A DNA stretch of 32,000 nt, from NCBI GenBank assembly GCA_963718915.1, contig CAVRAI010000015.1:300001-332000 (forward strand), given 5' to 3'. The position numbers were made by a program, and so were the translations under genes. The notes beneath the pieces were generated by a model. The model worked only from the letters and a program-made list of their open reading frames with translations. It made no database searches and was not told the DNA's origin. This document shows positions 17,999 to 26,641 of this stretch, piece after piece. Numbering within the stretch: position 1 is the first letter of the stretch; the number at the start of each line of letters is the position of its first letter. Origin of the DNA: an uncultured Chloroflexia bacterium (GTDB taxonomy: Bacteria; Chloroflexota; Ktedonobacteria; Ktedonobacterales; JADMIN01).

Positions 17999-18028
17999 TT
18001 GCGCGTCTCTACCGTAGACTGGTATCAT
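17999..18028 (+). promoter_or_regulatory. Candidate promoter TTGCGC-N18-TATCAT with extended -10 (TGgTATCAT)
   Basis: TTGCGC at 17999-18004, TG at 18020-18021 and TATCAT at 18023-18028, about 110 nt upstream of the first permease ATG. Confidence 0.4.
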
Positions 18029-18137
18029 GCTCGCTCGGAGACACCTGACACAGGCAGGATGTTGATGCGCGCCAGTCTCGCATGGGCGTGGAAGGCTGCG
18101 CCGGTCTCCAACATAGTTGCAAGTCAAGGAGTGGTAC

Positions 18138-21116
18138 ATGCGTCTGGATGAGGCTTCGCGTAGTGGCCAGCAGACGGAGTCGCCATCGGCGTTGCCACCG
18201 GTCGCGGTCTGGCGGACGCGGCGCGCGGGATTCTTCTCTGCCGCGCGATTGGCGCTGCTGCGGGCGGCGCATACACGCTGGCTGCTGTTCGTGGTCGCGC
18301 TCGGCATCCTCGTGGCAGATGTCCTCATCTGCACCGTGCCGCTCTACAATACACTCGTCTCAGACGTTCAGCTTCAGAACACGCTTGCTTCCTCCGACTC
18401 GCTGCAACGCAATATGCAAATTAGTATCCGTAGCGACACGATCAGCCAGCAGCTCAACCAGCATCTCGACCAGTCGGTTCAGCAAGAGGCGAAGGGTTAT
18501 CTCACCTCCTTCAGCACGCCGCATCCTACGCTGTACCTTTCGAGCGGCCTGATGAACCTGAAGCAGGCTGGCTCTCATACGTTTGGCGGTGTCGGCGACC
18601 TGGCTGAGGCGCGGATGCTGGCATTTGACTACCCCACGATCCATCCGTATGTCCATTTCGTCGCCGGTGGTCCTCCAGAAACCGAGTCCGCTGGCCAGCC
18701 TATACAGGTGATCGTCACTCAGGAGATGGCGGATGATTCGCATCTTGCGGTTGGACAGAAGGTGACGGTCGCCGCCCTGGGCGACTCGTCCGTCATTCGC
18801 ACTGGCATCATCGCTGGCATTTTCGAGCCGATCAATGTCACTGATCCCTTCTGGAACGGTCTGAGCTTCACCGCTGAGCGGAGCGACGGCGCGCCAACAG
18901 TCTATCCAATCCTCACGACGAACGATAGCTTTTTCCAGGCATTCAGCGCCTTCACTGGCGCCGGGATGACCCAGAACTGGATCTACTACGCCGACGTCAA
19001 CAAAATCACCACCAGCAACATGGACGCTATCGTCAACGGTATCATCTCCTTTCGCACATATTTGACCGCCGATATACAGGGAACCACCAGTGTCGCCAAT
19101 GTCGTGACACTGGGTGGACTTGACCAGATTATCCAGAGTGTCGAGCAGCAGTTGAGCCTGATTGCGCTGCCACTCTACGTCATCGCCGCGCAGATCGTTG
19201 GCCTGGCGCTGCTCTTCGTCGCCGCAATGGCGGGGCTGTTGATCGAATACCAGAGCCAGGAAATCGCGACGCTCAAGAGCCGTGGCACCAGCGGAGTGCA
19301 GTTGCTTGGTATCTTTGGCACTCAAAGCGCGCTGCTTGGCCTGCTGGCGGTGATCGCCGGGCCATTTCTGGCTGTGGCGCTGGCGCTGGCGCTTATTCGC
19401 TATTTTCTTCCCAGCGCTACATCGTCTGGAGTGGGTGCTGGCCCGGCCTATATCACCAGCGTAGCCTCGCCGCAGCTGGTTATTCTGCCTGCCATCATTG
19501 GCGGAGTGTTAGGCGTCGCGGTCGTCACCTTCTCGGCGTGGCAGGCCGCGCGGCTGGATGTGCTGGCTTTCCGCCGCGAGATGTCGCGGCCCTCGCGCCA
19601 GCCTTTCTGGCGCCGCGCCTACCTCGACGTTGGGTTGGCGCTGCTCTGCCTCGTCGGCTATCTCGAACTGGGGCAATTTGGCGGCACACAGACGCGGCTG
19701 GATCTCGGCAGCCAGGCCAACAGCCCGCTCTTACTCATCACGCCAGCGCTGCTTCTGCTCTCCGGCGGACTGCTGCTCTTGCGGCTGTTTCCGCTGGCCG
19801 CTGGCCTGGGCGCCCGTATCGCGGGCCGCGGACGAGGCATCATCTCGATGCTTGCCTTCGCGCAGATCGAGCGCACGCCCAGCCGCTACTCACGGATGAC
19901 ACTTCTGCTGGTGCTGGCCGTTGGGCTGGGGATATTTGCCCTCACCTTCGACGCCTCGCTGAAGCAGAGTGTCCACGACCGCACGACCTACGCGGCGGGC
20001 GCGGATGTTCGCCTGATGCTCAACCCACAGATCGATACGAAAGACACAGGATCGTACGTAGCCCATCTCAAGACGATGCCCGGCGTTACCGATGTGACGC
20101 CGCTCTATCGCACCAATAGCAGCACGTCGCCAAATGTTGGCAATCTCGCGGTCGATATGCTGGGGGTTGACTCGACGACGTTCGCGAGCGTCGCCAACCC
20201 GGTCTCATGGCGCTCCGACTATGCCGCGCAATCACTGCCCACGCTGATGGCGCAGATGCAGGCGCATCGGGGCGGCGCGCCGTCATATACCTGGGCCATT
20301 GTGAGCGATACGCTGGCTCAGCAGCTACGGCTGAAAGTCGGCTACCACTTCCAGCTTGGGATTTCTGATATCCCATTCAGCACCATACCGTTCACCGTAG
20401 GGGCAATCGTACACGACTTCCCAACGCTCTATCCCAACGGCGCGCCGGGGGGCTTCATCGTGCTTGATCTGCACGATCTGGAGTCTGTCATCGCCGCGAA
20501 TGCGGAGCCAAGCGCGGTTGTCGGGCCGAATGAGTTCTGGCTGCGTACCACCAGCAACGCGACCCAGCATACCGCGCTGCTGCACGATCTCGACCGTCAG
20601 AGCAATGACCTCTCAATAAATTCTGTTGACAACCTGAGCGACGACCTGCATCTGGCGGAGTCTAACCCGACCAATGGTGGCATGAGTGGCCTGTTGCTGA
20701 TCGGCGCGTTTACGGCGGTGCTGCTGGCTGTCCTGGGCAGTCTGGTGCAGGCGGTGATGTCCGCGCGCCAGCGCACCACGCAGTTTGCCATCTTCCGCAC
20801 GCTGGGCATGGCCAACAACCAGTTGACGAGACTATTGCTTGGCGAGCAGACAGTCGTCTATCTCTTCGGACTGCTTGGCGGTACCGTGTTAGGCCTTATC
20901 CTGACCACAGCTACCTGGCCGTACCTGACGTTTAGCGATTCTACGGTTGACCCCACGAAGATTGGCGTGCCTCCGTACGTGCTGGTTGCGAACTGGCCGG
21001 CCATCGGTATCTTCTTTGGCGCACTGATCGTGGCATTCATCCTGGCGCTGGTTATCGCGGCGCGGTATGCGGCAACCATTGGACTGGGCAAGGCATTGCG
21101 CCTGGGCGAAGATTAA
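18138..21116 (+). CDS. ABC transporter permease, double FtsX/MacB-type (about 10 TM, two large extracytoplasmic domains), paralog 1
   Basis: Two FtsX-type modules (IATLKSRGTSGVQLLGIF... and FAIFRTLGMANNQLTRLLLGEQ...). Hydrophobic segments bracket two ~270-aa soluble regions. RBS AAGGAG lies 6 nt upstream of the ATG at 18138. Confidence 0.85.
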   Translation: MRLDEASRSGQQTESPSALPPVAVWRTRRAGFFSAARLALLRAAHTRWLLFVVALGILVADVLICTVPLYNTLVSDVQLQNTLASSDSLQRNMQISIRSDTISQQLNQHLDQSVQQEAKGYLTSFSTPHPTLYLSSGLMNLKQAGSHTFGGVGDLAEARMLAFDYPTIHPYVHFVAGGPPETESAGQPIQVIVTQEMADDSHLAVGQKVTVAALGDSSVIRTGIIAGIFEPINVTDPFWNGLSFTAERSDGAPTVYPILTTNDSFFQAFSAFTGAGMTQNWIYYADVNKITTSNMDAIVNGIISFRTYLTADIQGTTSVANVVTLGGLDQIIQSVEQQLSLIALPLYVIAAQIVGLALLFVAAMAGLLIEYQSQEIATLKSRGTSGVQLLGIFGTQSALLGLLAVIAGPFLAVALALALIRYFLPSATSSGVGAGPAYITSVASPQLVILPAIIGGVLGVAVVTFSAWQAARLDVLAFRREMSRPSRQPFWRRAYLDVGLALLCLVGYLELGQFGGTQTRLDLGSQANSPLLLITPALLLLSGGLLLLRLFPLAAGLGARIAGRGRGIISMLAFAQIERTPSRYSRMTLLLVLAVGLGIFALTFDASLKQSVHDRTTYAAGADVRLMLNPQIDTKDTGSYVAHLKTMPGVTDVTPLYRTNSSTSPNVGNLAVDMLGVDSTTFASVANPVSWRSDYAAQSLPTLMAQMQAHRGGAPSYTWAIVSDTLAQQLRLKVGYHFQLGISDIPFSTIPFTVGAIVHDFPTLYPNGAPGGFIVLDLHDLESVIAANAEPSAVVGPNEFWLRTTSNATQHTALLHDLDRQSNDLSINSVDNLSDDLHLAESNPTNGGMSGLLLIGAFTAVLLAVLGSLVQAVMSARQRTTQFAIFRTLGMANNQLTRLLLGEQTVVYLFGLLGGTVLGLILTTATWPYLTFSDSTVDPTKIGVPPYVLVANWPAIGIFFGALIVAFILALVIAARYAATIGLGKALRLGED

Positions 21117-21163
21117 CCGGTCGTCTGGATTCTTCCTGGATTCTTCGGTGTACTATCCTGAGA

Positions 21164-22063
21164 ATGACTGGCCAGAAGGGATATAGAGTCGTGGCAGAGT
21201 TGCTCGTCGAAAGTGCGAATCTCGTCAAAATCTACAAGTCGGCGGATCTGGAAGTGGTCGCGCTTCAGGGGCTTGATCTGCATGTGCCACGCGGCGAAAT
21301 GCTGGCGCTGGTTGGGCCATCGGGCGCGGGCAAGAGTACCCTGCTCAACATTCTCGGCGGACTCGACGAGCCAAGCGCGGGCCGCTGCTCCGTCGCGGGA
21401 ATCGACCTCTCCCGCCTGAGCGGACGCGAGCGTATCTACTATCGCCGCCGCATTGTTGGGCATGTCTGGCAGCAGACCAGCCGCAACCTCTTCAACGACC
21501 TGACCTTGCTCGATAACGTGCTGACGCCCATGGTGCTGGCGGGCTACCCCTCCGGTCTGCGTCGCAAACGCGCGCGTCGTCTGCTGGAACTGGTGGGCCT
21601 GGGCGACCGCGTTGGCTATCGTCCGGACCGCCTCTCTGGCGGTGAGCAGCAGCGTGGCGCGTTGGCGGTGGCGCTGGCGAACGAGCCGCAACTGTTGCTG
21701 GCTGACGAACCAACTGGCGAGCTTGATAGCGTCACCGCGCGTGAGGTCTTGCTCCTGCTCCGCCAGCTCAACGCCGAACTGAATCTGACGACGGTGATCG
21801 TGACACATGATCCAATGGTGGCGTCTGCGATGGATCGTTCGGTGGCCATCCGCGATGGGCGCACCAGTACCGAGGTGGTGCATGCAGAGGAAGCCGAGGA
21901 GACGGTCATCATCGATGGCGTTGGTCGCCTGCAAATTCCCCGCCCACTGCTCGAAGCGATCCCCTTTGGCGGGCGGGCGCGCCTTCATCTGGCGGGCGAT
22001 CACATCGAACTCTGGCCCGCCGGTCTGCCGGAGCGGAACGGGCATACGCCGCCACGACAGTGA
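21164..22063 (+). CDS. ABC transporter ATP-binding protein (MacB/LolD-like) with a C-terminal AbrB/SpoVT-like extension
   Basis: Walker [11 protein letters not shown]-loop, signature LSGGEQQR, Walker [13 protein letters not shown] and H-loop VTHD. The extra ~65 aa include [32 protein letters not shown]. The start may be the GTG at 21191 instead. Confidence 0.9.
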   Translation: MTGQKGYRVVAELLVESANLVKIYKSADLEVVALQGLDLHVPRGEMLALVGPSGAGKSTLLNILGGLDEPSAGRCSVAGIDLSRLSGRERIYYRRRIVGHVWQQTSRNLFNDLTLLDNVLTPMVLAGYPSGLRRKRARRLLELVGLGDRVGYRPDRLSGGEQQRGALAVALANEPQLLLADEPTGELDSVTAREVLLLLRQLNAELNLTTVIVTHDPMVASAMDRSVAIRDGRTSTEVVHAEEAEETVIIDGVGRLQIPRPLLEAIPFGGRARLHLAGDHIELWPAGLPERNGHTPPRQ

Positions 22064-22424
22064 CCTGAGTGACCTGGAGCGCGCATGTGCTGTGCTCCGC
22101 CGGGCCATCATCAGCGGGTCATACTGCCGCTATTCCTCCCGGCTGTTGGCCAATGCGCGACGCGCACTGAAAAACAGGCTGGCGGCTGAAGCCGCGCCTA
22201 TGGGCCAACGGCCACAAAGCCCGCCTGCGCGGGCTAGCAGACAGAGACGCGGACGCACCGCACAGATTACCTGAATGACGAGAAAAATTGGCATCAACGT
22301 GTGCGTCTCCGCTTTAGGCTGGCTGCTCGTATGAGGCGTGGCACGGCTGGTGAAGACGGCCGCGCCTGCACGTGCCATGCGTAGGCCAGCCCAGGCAGTA
22401 GCGGGATCACGATATTAGCGTGGT

Positions 22425-22550
22425 GATACTGATTTCGTTTGGATTGTTGTCCTTGGGGGCCGACCGTAGCGTGAACGCTACGGCGAATGGGGCTGGGAAA
22501 TTAGCCGCAGCCTGAAGGCTGCGGTCGGCCCACCCCAACGGCAACAACCC
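22425..22550. repeat. Mosaic hairpin repeat, copy C
   Basis: GATACTGATTTCGTTTGGATTGTTGTCC..GGCCGAC on the left. Hairpins CGTAGCG-TGAA-CGCTACG and CCGCAGCC-TGAA-GGCTGCGG. GTCGGCC..GGCAACAACCC on the right pairs with the left end. Ends 29 nt upstream of the paralog-2 ATG. Confidence 0.7.
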
Positions 22551-22579
22551 AGCCTAAACGGGTATGACAGGAGTGGCGC

Positions 22580-25500
22580 ATGCGTCTGGATGAGGCTCCG
22601 CGGCGTGGTCGACCGAGGAGCGCGTCGAGCGATGTATGGAGCGGCATCTCAACGGCGGGATCGTCTGACGCGGCCTGGCGCACACAACGGGCAGGCATCT
22701 TCTCCGCCGTGCGGCTGGCGCTGCTGCGGGCGTCACACACGCGCTGGCTGCTGCTTGTGGTCGCCCTTGGCATCCTTGTGGCCGACGTCCTTATCAGTAC
22801 CGTGCCGCTCTACAACACCATCGTCCCAAACATCCAACTGCAAAACGCCATGGCGCGCGCCGATTCGCTGCAGAGTAACATGCAGGTCATGATGAGCACC
22901 TCGACCGTTGACCAGGCGCTCAACGACGAAGTCTCTCGCGGAGTGCGGCTCCTGGCTGATAGTTATCTTGCTCCCTTCAGCGCGCCCCACCCGACCATTT
23001 ATCTCACCAGCGGCCTTCTCAGTCTCGACCAGGCAGGGGCGCACACGTTCGGCGGCTTCAACAACACTGCTCAGGCGCATCTGCAAGGCTTCGACTATGC
23101 GGCGCTACGGCCCTATCTGCATATCCTCCAGGGAGTCCCTCCACAAACGCCGCCAGCGGCAGACGCGGGCCAGCCGATTCAGGTGATGGTTACCCGCGAA
23201 ATGGCCGATGATTGGCATGTCTCCGTGGGTCAGCCGATCCTCGTCTCGGCGCTGACAAGCCAATATTTTGGCCGGAACCCGACTCGCACCGTCGTCAAGG
23301 GCATAATCACCGCCATCTTTGAGCCTGTCAACGCCCATGATCCCTTCTGGAATGGCCTCAGCTTCAGCAATCCATCGGCGCTAAAGGACGCATTGTCGTA
23401 CGTGCCGCCCATCTATCCGATTCTGACAACTCCGGATAGCTTCTTTGCAGCACTGGCGCACAACCAGCCCTACAACGGCGTCAGCATGACGCAGACGTGG
23501 GTCTACTATGCCGACCCGAACCGCATTACCACGGACAACATGGCCGCCATCGCCAACGACGTCATTACCTTCCGCAACCAGGTTACCGTTCATCTCCAGG
23601 GCAACCCCGGTAACCCCGGTATCGGGCGTAACAGCGTGGAGACTCTGGGGGGGCTTGACCAGATCATGCAAAGCGTTCAGCAGCAGCTGAGCCTGATTTT
23701 GCTTCCGCTCTATGTGATCGCCGCGCAGATCGTCGGCGTGGCGCTACTCTTCGTGGCGGCGATGGCGGCGCTCCTCATCGAGCAGCAGGGCCAGCAGATC
23801 GCTACCCTGAAGAGTCGCGGTATCAGTGGTATCCAACTGCTTGGTATCTTCACCACGCAGAGTACTATCCTGGGGCTGCTCGCCGCTGTCGCCAGTCCCT
23901 TTCTGGCGGTGGCGCTGGCCCTGCTGGTGATTCGCCTGTTCCTGCCCGAATCCGCATCGGGCAGCGGCAGCGGAACGGCCGACACCAGCGCCTCTCTCAT
24001 CGGCTATATTACTCGTGTGGCCACGCCATCCCTGGTCATTCTACCTGCTCTCGTCGGCGCGGCGCTGGCGATTGCGGTGGTTACTATCTCCGCCCTGCGG
24101 ACTGCGCGGTTGGATGTGCTGGCTTTCCGCCGCGAGATGGCCCGGCCATCGCGCCAGCCGTTCTGGCGGCGTACATACCTCGATGTCGGCCTGGCGCTGC
24201 TCTGTCTCGTCGGCTATCTCGATTTGAGTCAGTTCGGTGGCACGAACGCGCGGCTGGAGCTAGGCGGCCAGGCCAATAGCCCGCTCTTGCTCCTCACTCC
24301 CGCTCTGCTGCTCCTGGCGGGTGGACTGTTATTGCTCCGGCTGGTTCCGCTCGCCGCCCGTCTGGGATCGCGCCTCGCCAGTCGCGGCCGCGGCCTCACG
24401 GCGCTGCTCACCTTCGCGCAGATCGAGCGCACCCCCAACCGCTATGCGCGCATGACCTTGCTGCTGGTGCTGGCGGTGGGTCTGGGGCTGTTCGCCCTCA
24501 CCTTCGATGCCTCTCTGGCGCGGAACGTCCAGGATCGTACCGCCTATGCGGCGGGAGCCGACTTCCGTTTATCGACCACCCTGCCAATCAACGTGAAGAA
24601 CATGGCCTCGTATCTGGCGCAACTCAAGAAGCTACCTGGGGTCATAGCCGCCACGCCGCTCTATCGCACCGCAGGCAGAACGTCGCTTGACCTGGGGGCG
24701 CAGTCGGTGGAATTGCTGGGTGTCGATACTCCGACATTCGCGGGAGCCGCCAACTCCCACGCCTGGCGCGCCGACTATGCGTCGCAATCGCTGCCCGCGC
24801 TGATGCGTCAGGTGGCGGCCGCGCCCGTGTCTGATCCGGCGACGATAGGCACAAGCGCCCATCCTCTGCGGGCGCTTGTCAGCGCGACATTTGCCCAGCA
24901 ATTGCGGTTGAGTGTCGGCGAGCGCTTCCAACTCGATCTTCCCGACATTGAGTCAAACTCACCGACGTTTGTGGTGGGCGCAATCGTGCAGGAGTTTCCC
25001 ACTCTCTATCCCACCAGCGCGCCCGGCGGGTTCGTCGTCGTGGATCTGGGCGATCTTGATGCTGCCATCGCGGCGCGCTCCGATTCCGTCGCACTCATTG
25101 GCCCCAATGAGTTCTGGGTGCGGACCAGCGGAGGCGCAAGCGCAACGACGCGGCGGGCGCTCGACCGCGAGCAGTTCAATCTCTCGCTCAACACTGTTGA
25201 GAGCTACCAGCAGGACCTTCAGCAGGCCCAGGATAATCCAGTCACGGGCGGCATGCGCGGGTTGCTGCTGATTGGTGCGGTCACCGCCGCGCTGCTGGCG
25301 GTGCTGGGGAGTCTGGTACAGGCGGTGCTGGCGGCGCGCCAGCGAACGACGCAGTTTGCTATCCTTCGCACGCTCGGTATGGCCAATCGCCAGTTGACGG
25401 GGCTGCTGCTCGGCGAGCAGACGGTGGTCTACCTCTTCGGGCTGGTCGGGGGAACGCTCCTCGGGCTGATCCTGACCACGGCGACCACGCCTTACCTGAC

Positions 25501-25687
25501 GTTCAGCGATACTGCCGTCGATCTGGCTGCGGTGGGCGTTCCCGGTTATGTGCTGGTAGCCAACTGGCCTGCCTTTGGCGTCTTTTATGGCGCGTTGGTT
25601 GTGGCGTTTGTGCTGGCGCTGGTCATCGCGGCGCGGTACGCGGCAACCATTGGGCTGGGCAAGGCGCTGCGCCTGGGCGAGGACTGA
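22580..25687 (+). CDS. ABC transporter permease, double FtsX/MacB-type, paralog 2
   Basis: Collinear with 18138-21116 from MRLDEA... to ...ARYAATIGLGKALRLGED, with the same TM/FtsX layout. RBS AGGAG lies 5 nt upstream of the ATG at 22580. Confidence 0.85.
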   Translation: MRLDEAPRRGRPRSASSDVWSGISTAGSSDAAWRTQRAGIFSAVRLALLRASHTRWLLLVVALGILVADVLISTVPLYNTIVPNIQLQNAMARADSLQSNMQVMMSTSTVDQALNDEVSRGVRLLADSYLAPFSAPHPTIYLTSGLLSLDQAGAHTFGGFNNTAQAHLQGFDYAALRPYLHILQGVPPQTPPAADAGQPIQVMVTREMADDWHVSVGQPILVSALTSQYFGRNPTRTVVKGIITAIFEPVNAHDPFWNGLSFSNPSALKDALSYVPPIYPILTTPDSFFAALAHNQPYNGVSMTQTWVYYADPNRITTDNMAAIANDVITFRNQVTVHLQGNPGNPGIGRNSVETLGGLDQIMQSVQQQLSLILLPLYVIAAQIVGVALLFVAAMAALLIEQQGQQIATLKSRGISGIQLLGIFTTQSTILGLLAAVASPFLAVALALLVIRLFLPESASGSGSGTADTSASLIGYITRVATPSLVILPALVGAALAIAVVTISALRTARLDVLAFRREMARPSRQPFWRRTYLDVGLALLCLVGYLDLSQFGGTNARLELGGQANSPLLLLTPALLLLAGGLLLLRLVPLAARLGSRLASRGRGLTALLTFAQIERTPNRYARMTLLLVLAVGLGLFALTFDASLARNVQDRTAYAAGADFRLSTTLPINVKNMASYLAQLKKLPGVIAATPLYRTAGRTSLDLGAQSVELLGVDTPTFAGAANSHAWRADYASQSLPALMRQVAAAPVSDPATIGTSAHPLRALVSATFAQQLRLSVGERFQLDLPDIESNSPTFVVGAIVQEFPTLYPTSAPGGFVVVDLGDLDAAIAARSDSVALIGPNEFWVRTSGGASATTRRALDREQFNLSLNTVESYQQDLQQAQDNPVTGGMRGLLLIGAVTAALLAVLGSLVQAVLAARQRTTQFAILRTLGMANRQLTGLLLGEQTVVYLFGLVGGTLLGLILTTATTPYLTFSDTAVDLAAVGVPGYVLVANWPAFGVFYGALVVAFVLALVIAARYAATIGLGKALRLGED

Positions 25688-25861
25688 CCGGGCGTGTCTG
25701 AGCGTCCGCAAGCGCCGTTGGCGAGCGGGCCGTGCATTTGCTCTTGTTCCCTGCTCCCAAATCGCGTATGCTTCTGCTGCAAGCCAGCGTCTCAGCGACC
25801 TGGCGCACTTCACGGAGAGCGGCGGAAGCGAGCGCCGTGGCCAGCGATTTGGAGGAAGCGC

Positions 25862-26575
25862 GTGAAAAAACTTCGTGTTCTGCTGCCAGCCCTGCTCCTG
25901 CTGGTTGTCATCGCGGGGTGTAGCGTCGACACAACAGGGGTAACTGGCCCCACAGCCGCTCCTGGCGCGTTTCCGGGCAACGCTGCCCAACCAACGCCGA
26001 ATACCACCTCGTTTCAGGGATGCCCTCCCGGTGGTGATGGTGGCGACCAGGCGCTAAATACGCTCAAGAACCGCACCGACAATGGCGACAACGGCGCATT
26101 CCAGGATGTCTCGTTTGATACCCTTGTCGCCCTGAGTTATCCGCAGGATATCGGGCGCACGCAGCGCGCGAACTGGAGTCAGAGCGATGTCGCCGCCGTC
26201 GACCAATATGAGGGCATTGCTGTGCGCACGACCGGATACATCCTCGATGTGAAGCACGAGGGCACCGAATCCACCAACTGCCACTCGGTTGACTACCGCG
26301 ACTACCATGTCTGGCTTGCCGCAAATGCAAGCGATCCCAAGAGTAAGTCGATGGTGGTCGAGGTGACGCCACGCGAGCGCGACGAGCGCCCCGGCTGGAC
26401 GAGTAGCGCGCTCTCGGGCCTGAAGGGAGAGCAGGTGCGCATCAGCGGCTGGCTGCTGCTCGATCAGGAACATCCCGAGCAACTCGGGCAGACGCGGGCG
26501 ACGCTCTGGGAGATTCACCCGATCATCCATATCGAGGTCAATCAGGGCGGGAGCTGGCAGAGCATCGATAACTGA
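25862..26575 (+). CDS. Lipoprotein of unknown function
   Basis: The GTG at 25862 is preceded by GGAGG with 6-nt spacing. Signal peptide with lipobox: VKKLRVLLPALLLLVVIAGC. I do not recognise the mature domain. Confidence 0.65.
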   Translation: MKKLRVLLPALLLLVVIAGCSVDTTGVTGPTAAPGAFPGNAAQPTPNTTSFQGCPPGGDGGDQALNTLKNRTDNGDNGAFQDVSFDTLVALSYPQDIGRTQRANWSQSDVAAVDQYEGIAVRTTGYILDVKHEGTESTNCHSVDYRDYHVWLAANASDPKSKSMVVEVTPRERDERPGWTSSALSGLKGEQVRISGWLLLDQEHPEQLGQTRATLWEIHPIIHIEVNQGGSWQSIDN

Positions 26576-26641
26576 TGATCCTGGGATATCAGCGAGGTTG
26601 CGAGACGTCACGGAGCGTCGTGTTGAAGGGAGTGTTGCCGC

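Noticed and set aside
21113-22111. 332-aa minus-strand ORF
   Set aside because: It is fully antisense to the ABC ATPase gene, which has every canonical motif. This is a high-GC shadow ORF.
24959-25990. 343-aa minus-strand ORF
   Set aside because: It is antisense to the 3' end of permease paralog 2 and the leader of the lipoprotein gene. It is Arg-rich and low-complexity, and I recognise no motif.
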